From positions 1-36,839 of IMG/VR virus record IMGVR_UViG_3300032247_001862: DNA of 36,839 nucleotides; one strand, written 5' to 3'. Source of the stretch: a virus. Lineage: Duplodnaviria; Caudoviricetes. The notes under the pieces are model-generated. The model made no database searches. It saw only the letters and a program-made list of their open reading frames with translations, and had not been told where the DNA came from. Each line of letters starts with the position of its first letter. The stretch's first letter is position 1. This document shows, piece after piece, positions 1 to 9,285 of this stretch. The position numbers and the translations under genes were made by a program.

Positions 1-2
1 CA

Positions 3-590
3 CTAGGTCGACAACCACACCCCGACAACGAACGTGTCAGTTACGGTTGCGAACTGGCCAATCGAATGTATGCAATCTTGCATTGCGATGCTGAATCTGG
101 TAGTAGTAATGATCGCATGATCCGTGTCACTAGAGAGTACCTGACACAGGAAAAACCAGACTTGATTGTTATAGGTTGGTCCACTTGGGAGCGTGAAGAA
201 TACCTACACGATGGTGTTTACTATCAATTACACGGCGGCCACATCAACCGAGACTGGCCCAATGCTGTCCGCGAGTACTACAAAGAATACATTGCTCGTT
301 ATGATTTTATCAGTGCCATCAAACGTAACCATGCCATGATTCATGCATTTCATACCGAACTGCAAGACCAAAAGATTCCACATTATTTTTTCAATACCTT
401 TGCTCCTTACTGGCACGAGGAACCCAAACAGTGGCACGATTCATATCTAGAACCTTACAGCAAACCATTTACATTTTGGTATTGGTTGCAAGAAAAAGGG
501 TTCAGTACAGTGCGCGAAGGATCGTATCATTATGGTCCAAAAGCGCACGAGGCCTGGGCTGACTTACTTTGGTTAAACATTCCAAAATAG
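3..590 (+). CDS. SGNH-hydrolase-like protein, 5'-truncated by the window edge
   Basis: Frame is open from base 3 (LGRQPHPDNERVSYG...). Motifs SGSSNDRM, IGWSTWEREE and C-terminal YHYGPKAH match the other SGNH-like paralogs in the window. Confidence 0.7.
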   Translation, partial: LGRQPHPDNERVSYGCELANRMYAILHCDAESGSSNDRMIRVTREYLTQEKPDLIVIGWSTWEREEYLHDGVYYQLHGGHINRDWPNAVREYYKEYIARYDFISAIKRNHAMIHAFHTELQDQKIPHYFFNTFAPYWHEEPKQWHDSYLEPYSKPFTFWYWLQEKGFSTVREGSYHYGPKAHEAWADLLWLNIPK

Positions 591-592
591 CC

Positions 593-621
593 TTGACAGA
601 TAATGCATTATATGCTATTAT
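593..621 (+). promoter_or_regulatory. sigma70-type promoter, probably leaderless transcript
   Basis: TTGACA(593-598)-17 bp-TATTAT(616-621) with TGn extension; ATG at 628 with no Shine-Dalgarno. Confidence 0.75.
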
Positions 622-627
622 TACTGT

Positions 628-1629
628 ATGAAATATCTTATTGTTGACACAGCTAACACATTCTTTCGTGCCCGTCATGCCGCACATCGTCAAAGCGATA
701 CGTGGGATCGATTGGGGTTTGCTATTCATGTAACATTGTCCAGTGTAGCCAAGTGCTTTAGAGATCAGGGTGCCGATCATGTGGTATTCTGTTTGGAAGG
801 TCGTAGCTGGCGTAAGGATTTTTATGAGCCGTACAAGAAAAACCGAGCTGTTGCCCGTGCCGCACTCACCGAAGCCGAAGCCGAAGAAGATCGACTGTTT
901 TGGGAATCTTTTGATGAACTCAAAACGTTCTTGTACGAAAAGAGCAATTGTACTGTTCTCCGGCACGACAACCTGGAAGCAGATGACTTGGTGGCAGGAT
1001 GGATTCAGGCACACCCTGAGGACGAACACGTAATTGTGTCCAGCGACACTGACTTCCATCAGTTGCTGGCCACCAACGTAAAACAATATAACGGGATTGC
1101 AGATGAACTCCACACTATTGAAGGCATTTTTGACAAAAAAGGTGCCCCAGTCAAAGATAAAAAAACTAAGGAAGCAAAATCCATACCTGAACCAGCTTGG
1201 ATACTTTTTGAGAAATGTATGCGAGGCGATCCCACAGACAACGTATTCAGTGCATATCCCGGAGTCCGGAAAGTTGGAAGTAAAAATAAAGTTGGGCTCA
1301 CAGAAGCGTTCGCGGACCGCGATAAAAAAGGGTTCGCGTGGAACAATCTGATGCTTCAGCGTTGGACCGACCATAACGGTGAAGAGCACCGTGTGCTGGA
1401 CGACTACCTGCGTAATGTTACCTTGGTAGACCTGACTGCACAGCCAGACCATGTCAAAGTCTGGATTGCTGAAACTATTGCTACCAACTCTGTGGCCAAA
1501 GATATTCCGCAAATTGGTGCCAAGTTCATGAAGTTCTGTGGCAAGTACGAGTTGAATCGTATCAACGACAACATTCAAAACTTTGTGGCGTTTTTGACTG
1601 CCGCATATCCCGAGGAAGTAAATGTTTAA
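628..1629 (+). CDS. rnh: T4 RNase H-like 5'-3' exonuclease (FEN/PIN fold)
   Basis: LIVDTAN, WRKDFYEPYKKNR, EADDLVA, IVSSDTDFHQL and GDPTDNV acidic motifs. Confidence 0.9.
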   Translation: MKYLIVDTANTFFRARHAAHRQSDTWDRLGFAIHVTLSSVAKCFRDQGADHVVFCLEGRSWRKDFYEPYKKNRAVARAALTEAEAEEDRLFWESFDELKTFLYEKSNCTVLRHDNLEADDLVAGWIQAHPEDEHVIVSSDTDFHQLLATNVKQYNGIADELHTIEGIFDKKGAPVKDKKTKEAKSIPEPAWILFEKCMRGDPTDNVFSAYPGVRKVGSKNKVGLTEAFADRDKKGFAWNNLMLQRWTDHNGEEHRVLDDYLRNVTLVDLTAQPDHVKVWIAETIATNSVAKDIPQIGAKFMKFCGKYELNRINDNIQNFVAFLTAAYPEEVNV

Positions 1630-1891
1630 TTTTTTTAAATCGCGTCAAGAACATGTTGAGGAACTCATGGATGCAATCAAAGAAAATGCCACAGTAACAC
1701 CGACACCTGTGCCCGATCGCACATCAGAGCCGGCTTACCAAATTGGCAAAACTGAGGACAACAGAACTACCTTACGCATCGGTGGTTCAGGATATTTTAG
1801 CACTCTTACCATGTCGGACCACGGTGTTCGACAACTGATTCGCATGCTGGAATCTACACTAGAAAAGGAAACTGAAAATGAAACTGTTTGA
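1622..1891 (+). CDS. hypothetical protein
   Basis: 89-aa ORF with GAGG RBS, overlapping both neighbours. Confidence 0.7.
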   Translation: MFNFFKSRQEHVEELMDAIKENATVTPTPVPDRTSEPAYQIGKTEDNRTTLRIGGSGYFSTLTMSDHGVRQLIRMLESTLEKETENETV

Positions 1892-2042
1892 ATGGCTCAA
1901 AGAACACGAAACTGAAGTTGCATGGTTCCTTATTGGATTTCTTGTCAACGACGGTCTGGTCAAAATTGGCCAAGGTAATCTGAATGCGGCCGGACTTGAT
2001 TTTGTGGTGGCCGCCATCAACTATTTTATGTGGAGACGTTGA
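1878..2042 (+). CDS. small putative membrane protein (54 aa, not in ORF track)
   Basis: MKLFEWLKEHETEVAWFLIGFLVNDGLVKIGQGNLNAAGLDFVVAAINYFMWRR; AAGGA upstream; TGATG coupling to next gene; fills the gap. Confidence 0.7.
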   Translation: MKLFEWLKEHETEVAWFLIGFLVNDGLVKIGQGNLNAAGLDFVVAAINYFMWRR

Positions 2043-2473
2043 TGAAAATTGGTCTTAGCTACAGCAGGTGTGTGCGTGATATTGTGGACGGAGTGGTAGA
2101 CATAAACGATGTATTGGTATTAATTACTCGCACAGACTTTGATCCACACAATGATGACCAATGGTCGGGCATTTGGTCAGGCTACGGTGGCGGCCAAACT
2201 TTTGGTAGCCCGTTTAGCAGTCCAGAATGGATGAATTATCCTGCCGAAGATGAACAAAAGTTCAGAGACATCACATTACAACTTTACGATTCTGGCAAAA
2301 TGCATCAGCCTCGCCAGTTTGGTGCTCATCCACAGCGCCGACCCGAGATCTGGCTAGAGGCTGTATTACCCAGTAGCGAACTGGAACACAATGCGGCCGC
2401 CAAGGCTGCCTGGGAGCAGTTCCAGGTCATTGCCGGTTTGTCTAGTGTGGAACTAGATGACAAGTATCAATAA
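2042..2473 (+). CDS. hypothetical phage protein
   Basis: Start moved to ATG 2042 (MKIGLSYSRC), GGAG upstream, TGATG coupling. Confidence 0.75.
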   Translation: MKIGLSYSRCVRDIVDGVVDINDVLVLITRTDFDPHNDDQWSGIWSGYGGGQTFGSPFSSPEWMNYPAEDEQKFRDITLQLYDSGKMHQPRQFGAHPQRRPEIWLEAVLPSSELEHNAAAKAAWEQFQVIAGLSSVELDDKYQ

Positions 2474-2481
2474 GGACTGTC

Positions 2482-2853
2482 ATGCTTGGAACAATATTCA
2501 TTGGTCAAGGAGCAGAATATCTGCAAGTGGCTGTCAACCCCTCTGCACTGCCTTATGTGAGTAGCTCGTCTAATCCCGCACAAGGAATGCTGAGGGTCAC
2601 CAACAATCAAATGGAAGTATTTAACGGCACCGGTTGGCAACAAATTTATGAAGGATCAGCATCAGTGGGATTATCGTCAAAGACAATAGATATACTTAAA
2701 TGGGCCGACGCCAAGATGCACATGGAACGTGAAATCATGACCGCTGTTGAAAACAATGTGACTGTGGCTGATGCTTACCATACCTACAAAGAAGCCGCGG
2801 ACCGACTAACAGTGGTCATGGCGTTGGTAGAGAAAGAGGAGAAATTACCATGA
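2482..2853 (+). CDS. hypothetical phage protein
   Basis: AAGGA RBS; contains GMLR..NNQMEVFNGTGW beta-type motif. Confidence 0.75.
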   Translation: MLGTIFIGQGAEYLQVAVNPSALPYVSSSSNPAQGMLRVTNNQMEVFNGTGWQQIYEGSASVGLSSKTIDILKWADAKMHMEREIMTAVENNVTVADAYHTYKEAADRLTVVMALVEKEEKLP

Positions 2854-3146
2854 TTAGAGGTTTACTTTACAAACTGCACCGTTGGGTGTGGGACTATCGT
2901 CCGCACGATGAATCTGTGAAAATCAGTACTGCCACCACCGGTATCAATCGATTGGTTGGACACGACGATATTGACCCGACCATTAGATTCAGTGTAACAA
3001 CTGCACGTGGCGGTGTGATTGTTGCCAGTCGCACATACGATAGACAAAAAGATCGTAGCAATGACATTATCCATGTCATCCACGACGACGAAGATGTGGC
3101 CCGTCGAGTTGGAGAAATTGTGGCCCTGGAGTTGATGAAAGCATGA
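2850..3146 (+). CDS. hypothetical protein
   Basis: GAGGAG RBS; ATGA overlaps at both ends. Confidence 0.75.
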   Translation: MIRGLLYKLHRWVWDYRPHDESVKISTATTGINRLVGHDDIDPTIRFSVTTARGGVIVASRTYDRQKDRSNDIIHVIHDDEDVARRVGEIVALELMKA

Positions 3147-3619
3147 GCGAAATAATTGCACGTCCGGTAATTAAAAATAAATTTTGGATTGTAGAAGAAG
3201 CCGGTGAAAAAACTGCCACAATCCAGGCCATTGATCAAACTGGCCAAGTGGCCTTTGTACACAATGAGCAAAGAGAAATCTTTCCCAGCATAAAACTACT
3301 AAGTAAAAAGTATAACATAGAATTTCTCAAGCAGGAAAAGATCAAGTCAGACCGACCAGCCACGTATAGCATACACGGTTACCCCACGCCACATCGACCG
3401 CATAATGTGTTGTTTGATGTGCAAAAGCATCTGCCAATCTATACCAAGACTGCCAAGAGCAAAAGTTTCTTCTGCGCCGGGTACTATATTATCAAGTTCA
3501 ATCATAACTGGGCTCGTGCCTATTGTCCCAAGGCCATTACCCTGAACAGGTACGAATATGAAGGTCCGTTTGTCACACAAGAAGAAATGACCGAACGTTT
3601 AAAGGTAGCCAATGGATAA
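3143..3619 (+). CDS. hypothetical phage protein
   Basis: 158 aa, ATGA-coupled within the operon. Confidence 0.75.
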   Translation: MSEIIARPVIKNKFWIVEEAGEKTATIQAIDQTGQVAFVHNEQREIFPSIKLLSKKYNIEFLKQEKIKSDRPATYSIHGYPTPHRPHNVLFDVQKHLPIYTKTAKSKSFFCAGYYIIKFNHNWARAYCPKAITLNRYEYEGPFVTQEEMTERLKVANG

Positions 3620-3827
3620 TTTAACTTTACCAGTACGCATGTTCAACGACAAAGTGCGTGTGATGAATCAAACACAAAGTCGTACCGTGACACTAACTGC
3701 GGACGAGGCAAGAAACCTACATTCAGACATTTTTGCATTGTTGGCCAAATTTGCAGAATTAACAAAAGAACCTCAGGTAACGGATGAGGTTGTCCAAATC
3801 AGCATGGACGGAGGAAGTTTTAAATAA
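3612..3827 (+). CDS. hypothetical protein
   Basis: 71 aa, AAGGT RBS, overlaps upstream stop. Confidence 0.7.
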   Translation: MDNLTLPVRMFNDKVRVMNQTQSRTVTLTADEARNLHSDIFALLAKFAELTKEPQVTDEVVQISMDGGSFK

Positions 3828-3846
3828 ACTGCGCGGTTATTGATCA

Positions 3847-3855
3847 TAAATAACT
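3847..3855 (+). promoter_or_regulatory. putative late promoter (TAAATA box)
   Basis: Intergenic TAAATAACT; the same 9-mer occurs at 14397 and 15436; resembles T4 late TATAAATA. Confidence 0.5.
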
Positions 3856-3875
3856 GTATCAAGGAACGTAATGAA

Positions 3876-4163
3876 ATGAGTCGACCAAAACCAACCGTGC
3901 TGTTAGAGCACGTAAACAAATCAAATTACAAAAGCGATCAGGTCTTGGCCAGTGAGGGAATTTGGGCGGTTTTTTACGACAACCAACCCATTAACCTAAA
4001 GACTTTTAATACCTTGGTACATTACCCTGGACCAAAATACAAAAAGGTCAGCTTTTCTAACAGCGGTCATGCCATCAACTTGGCCCGCAAACTCAACAGC
4101 CTTTTCAAGACTGACAAATTCACAGTCGTGTTACTGAAACAAGGCGAAAAAATCTATCCTTAA
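3876..4163 (+). CDS. hypothetical phage protein
   Basis: Start at ATG 3876 (MSRPKP) after AAGGAA; basic 95-aa protein. Confidence 0.75.
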   Translation: MSRPKPTVLLEHVNKSNYKSDQVLASEGIWAVFYDNQPINLKTFNTLVHYPGPKYKKVSFSNSGHAINLARKLNSLFKTDKFTVVLLKQGEKIYP

Positions 4164-4166
4164 ATC

Positions 4167-4523
4167 ATGGATCAAGGCCAATGGCAAACGCTCATTGTCA
4201 CTCAGGCCGGCTACCCTGTTGAACGTTTCGTTGGTGTAGAACACACCTGGTGGCAGAATCCACTCAATCGCGACAGTTTACGATTGACCAGTACTGGATT
4301 CAAATGGGCCGGTAAGCACGCCGGTATGGTATTTCATGCCGTTGAACTGCAAGAAAAAATTCTACCCAAACAGATGCTACAACTAGAACGCCTGCTCACC
4401 AGCCCGTACTACATAAAAACTCTCAAAACACTATATGTGGTCAGCGAAACTGATGCTGTGATGCTACAGTTACACGGCGGCAACTTGAATCAATACCTAG
4501 ACAACTTGCAAAGTAATACTTAG
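4167..4523 (+). CDS. hypothetical protein
   Basis: 118-aa ORF 3 nt after the previous stop. Confidence 0.7.
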   Translation: MDQGQWQTLIVTQAGYPVERFVGVEHTWWQNPLNRDSLRLTSTGFKWAGKHAGMVFHAVELQEKILPKQMLQLERLLTSPYYIKTLKTLYVVSETDAVMLQLHGGNLNQYLDNLQSNT

Positions 4524-4530
4524 GTACTAG

Positions 4531-4559
4531 TTGACACAAAAAGAATATTCTGTTATAGT
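4531..4559 (+). promoter_or_regulatory. sigma70-type promoter
   Basis: TTGACA-17 bp-TATAGT with TGn extension. Confidence 0.8.
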
Positions 4560-4589
4560 TACTGCTGTATGTAACTTTTAAGGATTAAA

Positions 4590-5726
4590 ATGATTCCAAT
4601 GTACGAAGATGTTGTGCGTAAGCCCAATGTTATGAAAAACCGAAATCCTCTGAAACAAAAAACCAGCAGGATTGTTGCACTAGCTGATCGTGTTGCACAA
4701 CTTCAAACCTACAAAGGTTGGCAACGATTGATTGCAGAATATCAAAAGCAAGGTGTTCAAATTGATCCAAAATTACGACCTTTGATCAAAATGGTCAAGT
4801 TGAAATTGTTGTTCATCGATGAAGATATTCAACGAGCACTGGATGCCAAACATTGTACCAACATTGCAGGTATTGGCAATTTCAATCCTTTGTACCTGCA
4901 GGTATTTTATTGTGTTAAGATTCCAGGTACAGAAGAATACCATAGTGTTGATGCACAACACACGGCCACACTGGTTGCGGCTTTGATTGACGCAGGTGTG
5001 TTCACTGGCGAAACTGACTGGCATGAAGTTGAAATGCCGGTGCTGTATATAGAAACCAATAGCAAGGCATTTGCTCGTAAAGCATTTGCACTGATCAACG
5101 GCAAAGGCAAAAAGAAAATTAGCCCTTGGTATGAGCACCGTACCAAAGTAATGAGTGTACGTATCGACGGCAGTACCGACGAAGATGACGTAGAAGCAGA
5201 ACGCAAGCAAGCAATCTGTGAGAAATACGACTGTTATCCTATAGATAAAGAACATACCGACTTCATTGGCAAGCCTGGCACATTTACTCATATGCAAGCA
5301 TTGAGTTTAGATGACGATATTTTAGAAATGGCTTGTAAATTCCACAACACCTATTTCCACTGTGATGAGATCAACGGTTCCTTGTGGTTTATGATTGAAG
5401 ACTTGTTCAAGGCTTTCAAAGCCGCCAAGATCAAAATCACTGACAAGTTCTTGGGCGAGCTGGCTGGTATTCTACAAGGTTACTTTGCCGGATTAGCGGG
5501 TTTCCACGAAGCTGTGCATCACGCTCATCGCGAGTGGGGTGAACATACATACGGCTACGAAGTGTCATGGCAAGACGAAGCCATTGCGGCTGTGCTGGTG
5601 TTGTTGTACCAACGTCTGGGCGGTACCCAGCGTATTCCCAAACCCTTGCTGGACCGCTTTGAAAAGATCCTGGACTTTGTTGCAGACGATATCAAAGCCC
5701 TGTACGAAGAAGTTGAAACAGCATGA
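4590..5726 (+). CDS. ParB/Srx-like (DGQH-type) domain protein
   Basis: LFIDEDIQRALD...YHSVDAQHT...AFALING pattern, resembling the QR / DGQH(R/T) / F..IN signature; AAGGA RBS. Confidence 0.65.
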   Translation: MIPMYEDVVRKPNVMKNRNPLKQKTSRIVALADRVAQLQTYKGWQRLIAEYQKQGVQIDPKLRPLIKMVKLKLLFIDEDIQRALDAKHCTNIAGIGNFNPLYLQVFYCVKIPGTEEYHSVDAQHTATLVAALIDAGVFTGETDWHEVEMPVLYIETNSKAFARKAFALINGKGKKKISPWYEHRTKVMSVRIDGSTDEDDVEAERKQAICEKYDCYPIDKEHTDFIGKPGTFTHMQALSLDDDILEMACKFHNTYFHCDEINGSLWFMIEDLFKAFKAAKIKITDKFLGELAGILQGYFAGLAGFHEAVHHAHREWGEHTYGYEVSWQDEAIAAVLVLLYQRLGGTQRIPKPLLDRFEKILDFVADDIKALYEEVETA

Positions 5727-6031
5727 AATTCTATATCCTCCAAGGTCCATTCCGTACCGGATTTGGTATTACGGGTGACCACGAGCGCCGAGAAAAAGAC
5801 TATACCGGCGCTTGGGGAGGTATAGCCCGTTTTTCATACTTGTTTGAAGGTACCAGCACTCATGTCAAACGACTGGAAAATATCATCAAAATTCAAAACA
5901 GAGACATGCTGTGGAAAGTAGATGAGTGGGAAACTGAGTGGCTAGACAACGGTTGGTCTCCTGAACAGTTGTTGCAATTTGTGCAAGAGCTGGTGGCCGA
6001 GCGTCATTTAAAAGTGTTACAGGTAAGATAG
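5723..6031 (+). CDS. small GIY-YIG/T5orf172-like protein
   Basis: FYIL...GFGITGDHERREKDY...LE pattern; ATGA-coupled to the ParB-like gene. Confidence 0.5.
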   Translation: MKFYILQGPFRTGFGITGDHERREKDYTGAWGGIARFSYLFEGTSTHVKRLENIIKIQNRDMLWKVDEWETEWLDNGWSPEQLLQFVQELVAERHLKVLQVR

Positions 6032-6067
6032 TACTTAATTTTTGGCCAAACGTTCTGTGAATTTTTG

Positions 6068-6096
6068 TTGACAGTCAATCAACTCCAGCATATAAT
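6068..6096 (+). promoter_or_regulatory. consensus sigma70 promoter
   Basis: Perfect TTGACA-17 bp-TATAAT. Confidence 0.9.
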
Positions 6097-6134
6097 TCTT
6101 TTTGTAAATCAACTACTTGCTCTCAAGGCACATC

Positions 6135-7238
6135 ATGGCATACTACTTAAAATCTGGTAACACTTTCCGCGTATCTTCCAAAGAAGCCATGGATCTTCAC
6201 GAGCAGTTGCCACCCGGCAACTATGTGATCAAAGAAGATCCATTCCACAATCTCTATCTTGAACACATTGACGACTTTGAAATCAAGGGCAAGCGTTATG
6301 GTGACCTGGATCGTAACTGCGATCGAATCATCAACACTTTCCTGGATCGCACAGCATCAACTGGTGTCATGCTCAATGGCGAAAAAGGCTCAGGCAAGAG
6401 CCTGCTGGCCAAGGCAGTGTCAATTGCCAGTGCCGAACGAGATATTCCTACCATCATCATCAATGCACCATGGACCGGTGATAGATTCTTCAGCTTCATG
6501 CAGAATATTGATCAGCCGTGTGTGGTGTTGTTCGACGAGTTTGAAAAAGTTTACAACTCAGACGACCAAGAGCACATACTGACCTTGCTGGACGGTGTGT
6601 TTCCTAGCCGTAAATTGTTTGTGTTGACTTGTAACGACAAATGGCGTGTGGATCAACACATGCGTAATCGCCCGGGTCGTATTTACTACATGCTGGATTT
6701 CAAAGGCTTGACCGCAGACTTTATCATCGAGTACTGCGAGGACAACCTGAACAATCAATCGCACATCGAACGCATTGTGCAGATCACCAGCCTGTTTCAT
6801 CAATTCAACTTCGACATGCTCAAGGCCCTGGTTGAAGAAATGAATCGTTACGACGAGGCTCCTGAAGTGGCACTCAAGATGTTGAATGCCAAGCCCGAGT
6901 TTGATGAAGGCAACAAGTACACAGTCAAGTTGAGCATTCAAGGTGTTGAACTGGCCGACACCGAACTGAGTGAAAAAACCTGGAACGGCAATCCACTACA
7001 AAAGTATGTCAAGGTACACTACAAAAAATACGAGAAGTCGGCTCCAGACGACGATGACTTTGACAGCCTGTTGGCCAACGACGATGAGGAATGGAGTTGG
7101 GAAGATGTCACATTCACGACCGGCGACTTGAAAAAGATCGAAAGCGACGGCAGTGCATTTACCTTCTTCAAGGATGGCTTTGGCTTGAAGTTGACCAAAG
7201 TGGTTGAAAAACAAAGCTACTACTACGATGCTTTTTGA
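6135..7238 (+). CDS. AAA+ ATPase
   Basis: Walker A GEKGSGKS, Walker B VVLFDEFEK, LLDG, RPGR arginine finger; ATG at 6135. Confidence 0.9.
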   Translation: MAYYLKSGNTFRVSSKEAMDLHEQLPPGNYVIKEDPFHNLYLEHIDDFEIKGKRYGDLDRNCDRIINTFLDRTASTGVMLNGEKGSGKSLLAKAVSIASAERDIPTIIINAPWTGDRFFSFMQNIDQPCVVLFDEFEKVYNSDDQEHILTLLDGVFPSRKLFVLTCNDKWRVDQHMRNRPGRIYYMLDFKGLTADFIIEYCEDNLNNQSHIERIVQITSLFHQFNFDMLKALVEEMNRYDEAPEVALKMLNAKPEFDEGNKYTVKLSIQGVELADTELSEKTWNGNPLQKYVKVHYKKYEKSAPDDDDFDSLLANDDEEWSWEDVTFTTGDLKKIESDGSAFTFFKDGFGLKLTKVVEKQSYYYDAF

Positions 7239-9182
7239 TCACCACCGGCCTGTGCCAGTGTAGTGATATTCAAAGCTGGGATCTTTCCATGGTGCTAGGT
7301 GCTTGGGTGCCGACCACCATGGACCCCACGGATCCTTGGGCAATTTCAAACTGTAATTGAAATCTGCATGCCAGGCGCCTGCATGGTCAATCTTGAAATG
7401 ATGTGTGGCTGTATACTCGCTGTCCAGTCTATGCCCAAACTCGGTACGATCAAACTCTTGTTCAAATGTCACAGTCATTTCAAAACCGCCACGTGCTCGC
7501 CATAGCAGTCTAAACAAAGGCCAAATTTCATTTACCAAGCTGTCAGCCAAGCTGTTTAATCCTGGCTTGATAATTGCATAGTCAAATTGCTCGTACTCCA
7601 CATGATTGATCTGTGCCGGATCATCATATGTGATCGAGTAGGCCTGAGCCAGGTTAGGACGTTGGCCGGTCCACATGGGCACGGGTGTAATAGGGGCACG
7701 GTTGATTTCCTGAACAAATATCTCAAGACTCTTGATACGTACCTTGCGATGTGTTTGACTGTTGGACAGGTCTGTGGTAATCCAGGTATTCATAAAAGCT
7801 TCTTTGCAGATGTTGTACTTTTCTGGATTTGTTCCCATGTCTGTTTCGGGCTCCAACATCAAGGTCAAACCTGTTGCCAGGTTGCGTATGCCGTTGTTGC
7901 GATTGCGCCAAATCATGGTCATGGTGTCAGCAAAGGCTTCAGGATCTTCGTTGGGAAATCCCACAATCCAATTGGTATCTGCCACAATGCCCACACGTTT
8001 ACCTTCTCTGAGGTTCACTTCGACTTCGTCGACTGTGATACCTTTCTTCATCAGGTCCAACACTTTCTGACTGCCCGACTCGATGCCGTAGTTCAATAGA
8101 TAACAACCCGAAGCTTTTAGATCGTCATAGTATGCGGCATCCATGCGCCCGTCACAACGACAATAGCCATTCCATTTGATATTCAGCCTACGGTCAACCA
8201 CTCCGAGTGCAAAGGCACGTAGTTCTTTGAGATTTCCGTTGACCAAACTGTCAATAAACCAAACCACATCAATGCCGTGATGGCGATACTGATGTTCAAT
8301 TTCATCCAAGATGCTACCACTCATGCGTCCGCGATAGCGCCAAAATAGTGTTTCTGCACAGAATGTACACTTGGCCACACAGCCGCGACTGATTTCGGCG
8401 CTGATACCATTGGGGATTGTGTAAAGATTGAAATCATAATCTGAATAGTCCGGAAAAGGCAAACTGTCAAGATCCAGTCGTTGTCCTGACTGTTGTCTTA
8501 TGTAACGATCTTCGAGCGGCTGTCCGTTCTCAACCTTTTCCAATGATTCCAACATGATCAATTCGCCTTCACCTGTGAACACATGATCCATGTCATCGGT
8601 GGGTTTGAAGTAAGGCTTCTGTGCGTTGGGACCGCCAATCCAGATCTGTGTGTGGGGCAGGCGCTGTTTTATTTGTTGTGCCATCCAACGTATGGGCATT
8701 TCGCTGGTATAGTACATGCTGAACCCAACCACATCTGGGTTCAATTCAACTATTTGTTCTAGGTACTCTAGATAGATGGGTTCTAGATATGGGTGTAGCT
8801 CTTTGTGATACCAATCACCGGTCCAGTGGAATTCTCTGGTTCCGGCCCAAGGATCATAATCCAGAGTCTCACTGTCTCTGAAACGATTGTAACAGGCAAT
8901 GTTGATATCCATCACTGTGGTCCGATAACCAGCGGCACGTGTCACAGCACTCAATCGGGCCATGTTGTAGGGTGGGAAGAAGGTTCCCCACTCGGGCATC
9001 ATGATGAACATCATGTGAGTGCGACGAGTCACTTGTTCAATGTGCGCTTGAGTTAGATTTTTTTGTGGTTGCTTGCGAGCCAGCTGAGCCATGGCCTGCA
9101 CCGTTACAAAGTGCTTGTCGTCGGCCATGTCCTTCATTGGCGGCAACGGAGTCGCCTCTTGTATGGGGATAATCTTGGACAT
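7239..9182 (-). CDS. cobalamin-binding radical SAM protein
   Basis: N-terminal B12-binding-like region (PDVVGFS, IWIGGP, GEGE), SRGCVAKCTFC (CxxxCxxC), GIESGS, IVGFPNE; likely start MSKII at 9182. Confidence 0.88.
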   Translation of the reverse strand: MSKIIPIQEATPLPPMKDMADDKHFVTVQAMAQLARKQPQKNLTQAHIEQVTRRTHMMFIMMPEWGTFFPPYNMARLSAVTRAAGYRTTVMDINIACYNRFRDSETLDYDPWAGTREFHWTGDWYHKELHPYLEPIYLEYLEQIVELNPDVVGFSMYYTSEMPIRWMAQQIKQRLPHTQIWIGGPNAQKPYFKPTDDMDHVFTGEGELIMLESLEKVENGQPLEDRYIRQQSGQRLDLDSLPFPDYSDYDFNLYTIPNGISAEISRGCVAKCTFCAETLFWRYRGRMSGSILDEIEHQYRHHGIDVVWFIDSLVNGNLKELRAFALGVVDRRLNIKWNGYCRCDGRMDAAYYDDLKASGCYLLNYGIESGSQKVLDLMKKGITVDEVEVNLREGKRVGIVADTNWIVGFPNEDPEAFADTMTMIWRNRNNGIRNLATGLTLMLEPETDMGTNPEKYNICKEAFMNTWITTDLSNSQTHRKVRIKSLEIFVQEINRAPITPVPMWTGQRPNLAQAYSITYDDPAQINHVEYEQFDYAIIKPGLNSLADSLVNEIWPLFRLLWRARGGFEMTVTFEQEFDRTEFGHRLDSEYTATHHFKIDHAGAWHADFNYSLKLPKDPWGPWWSAPKHLAPWKDPSFEYHYTGTGRW

Positions 9183-9187
9183 AACTG

Positions 9188-9193
9188 TATTTA
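9188..9193 (-). promoter_or_regulatory. putative late promoter, leaderless
   Basis: Minus strand reads TAAATA-CAGTT-ATG with no RBS. Confidence 0.5.
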
Positions 9194-9223
9194 AGCTGTT
9201 GCAAAAAAGCCACAATATTTTGG

Positions 9224-9252
9224 TTGACCCAAAAAGGCAAATCTCATACAAT
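9224..9252 (+). promoter_or_regulatory. sigma70-type promoter
   Basis: TTGACC-17 bp-TACAAT. Confidence 0.8.
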
Positions 9253-9285
9253 ACATGTATTGAAACTTAAAAAGGAGTCTACACT

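Noticed and set aside
502-1578. 358-aa antisense ORF
   Set aside because: Mirror of the exonuclease gene with no motifs; the same applies to the other antisense ORFs such as 10241-10897 and 22814-23563.
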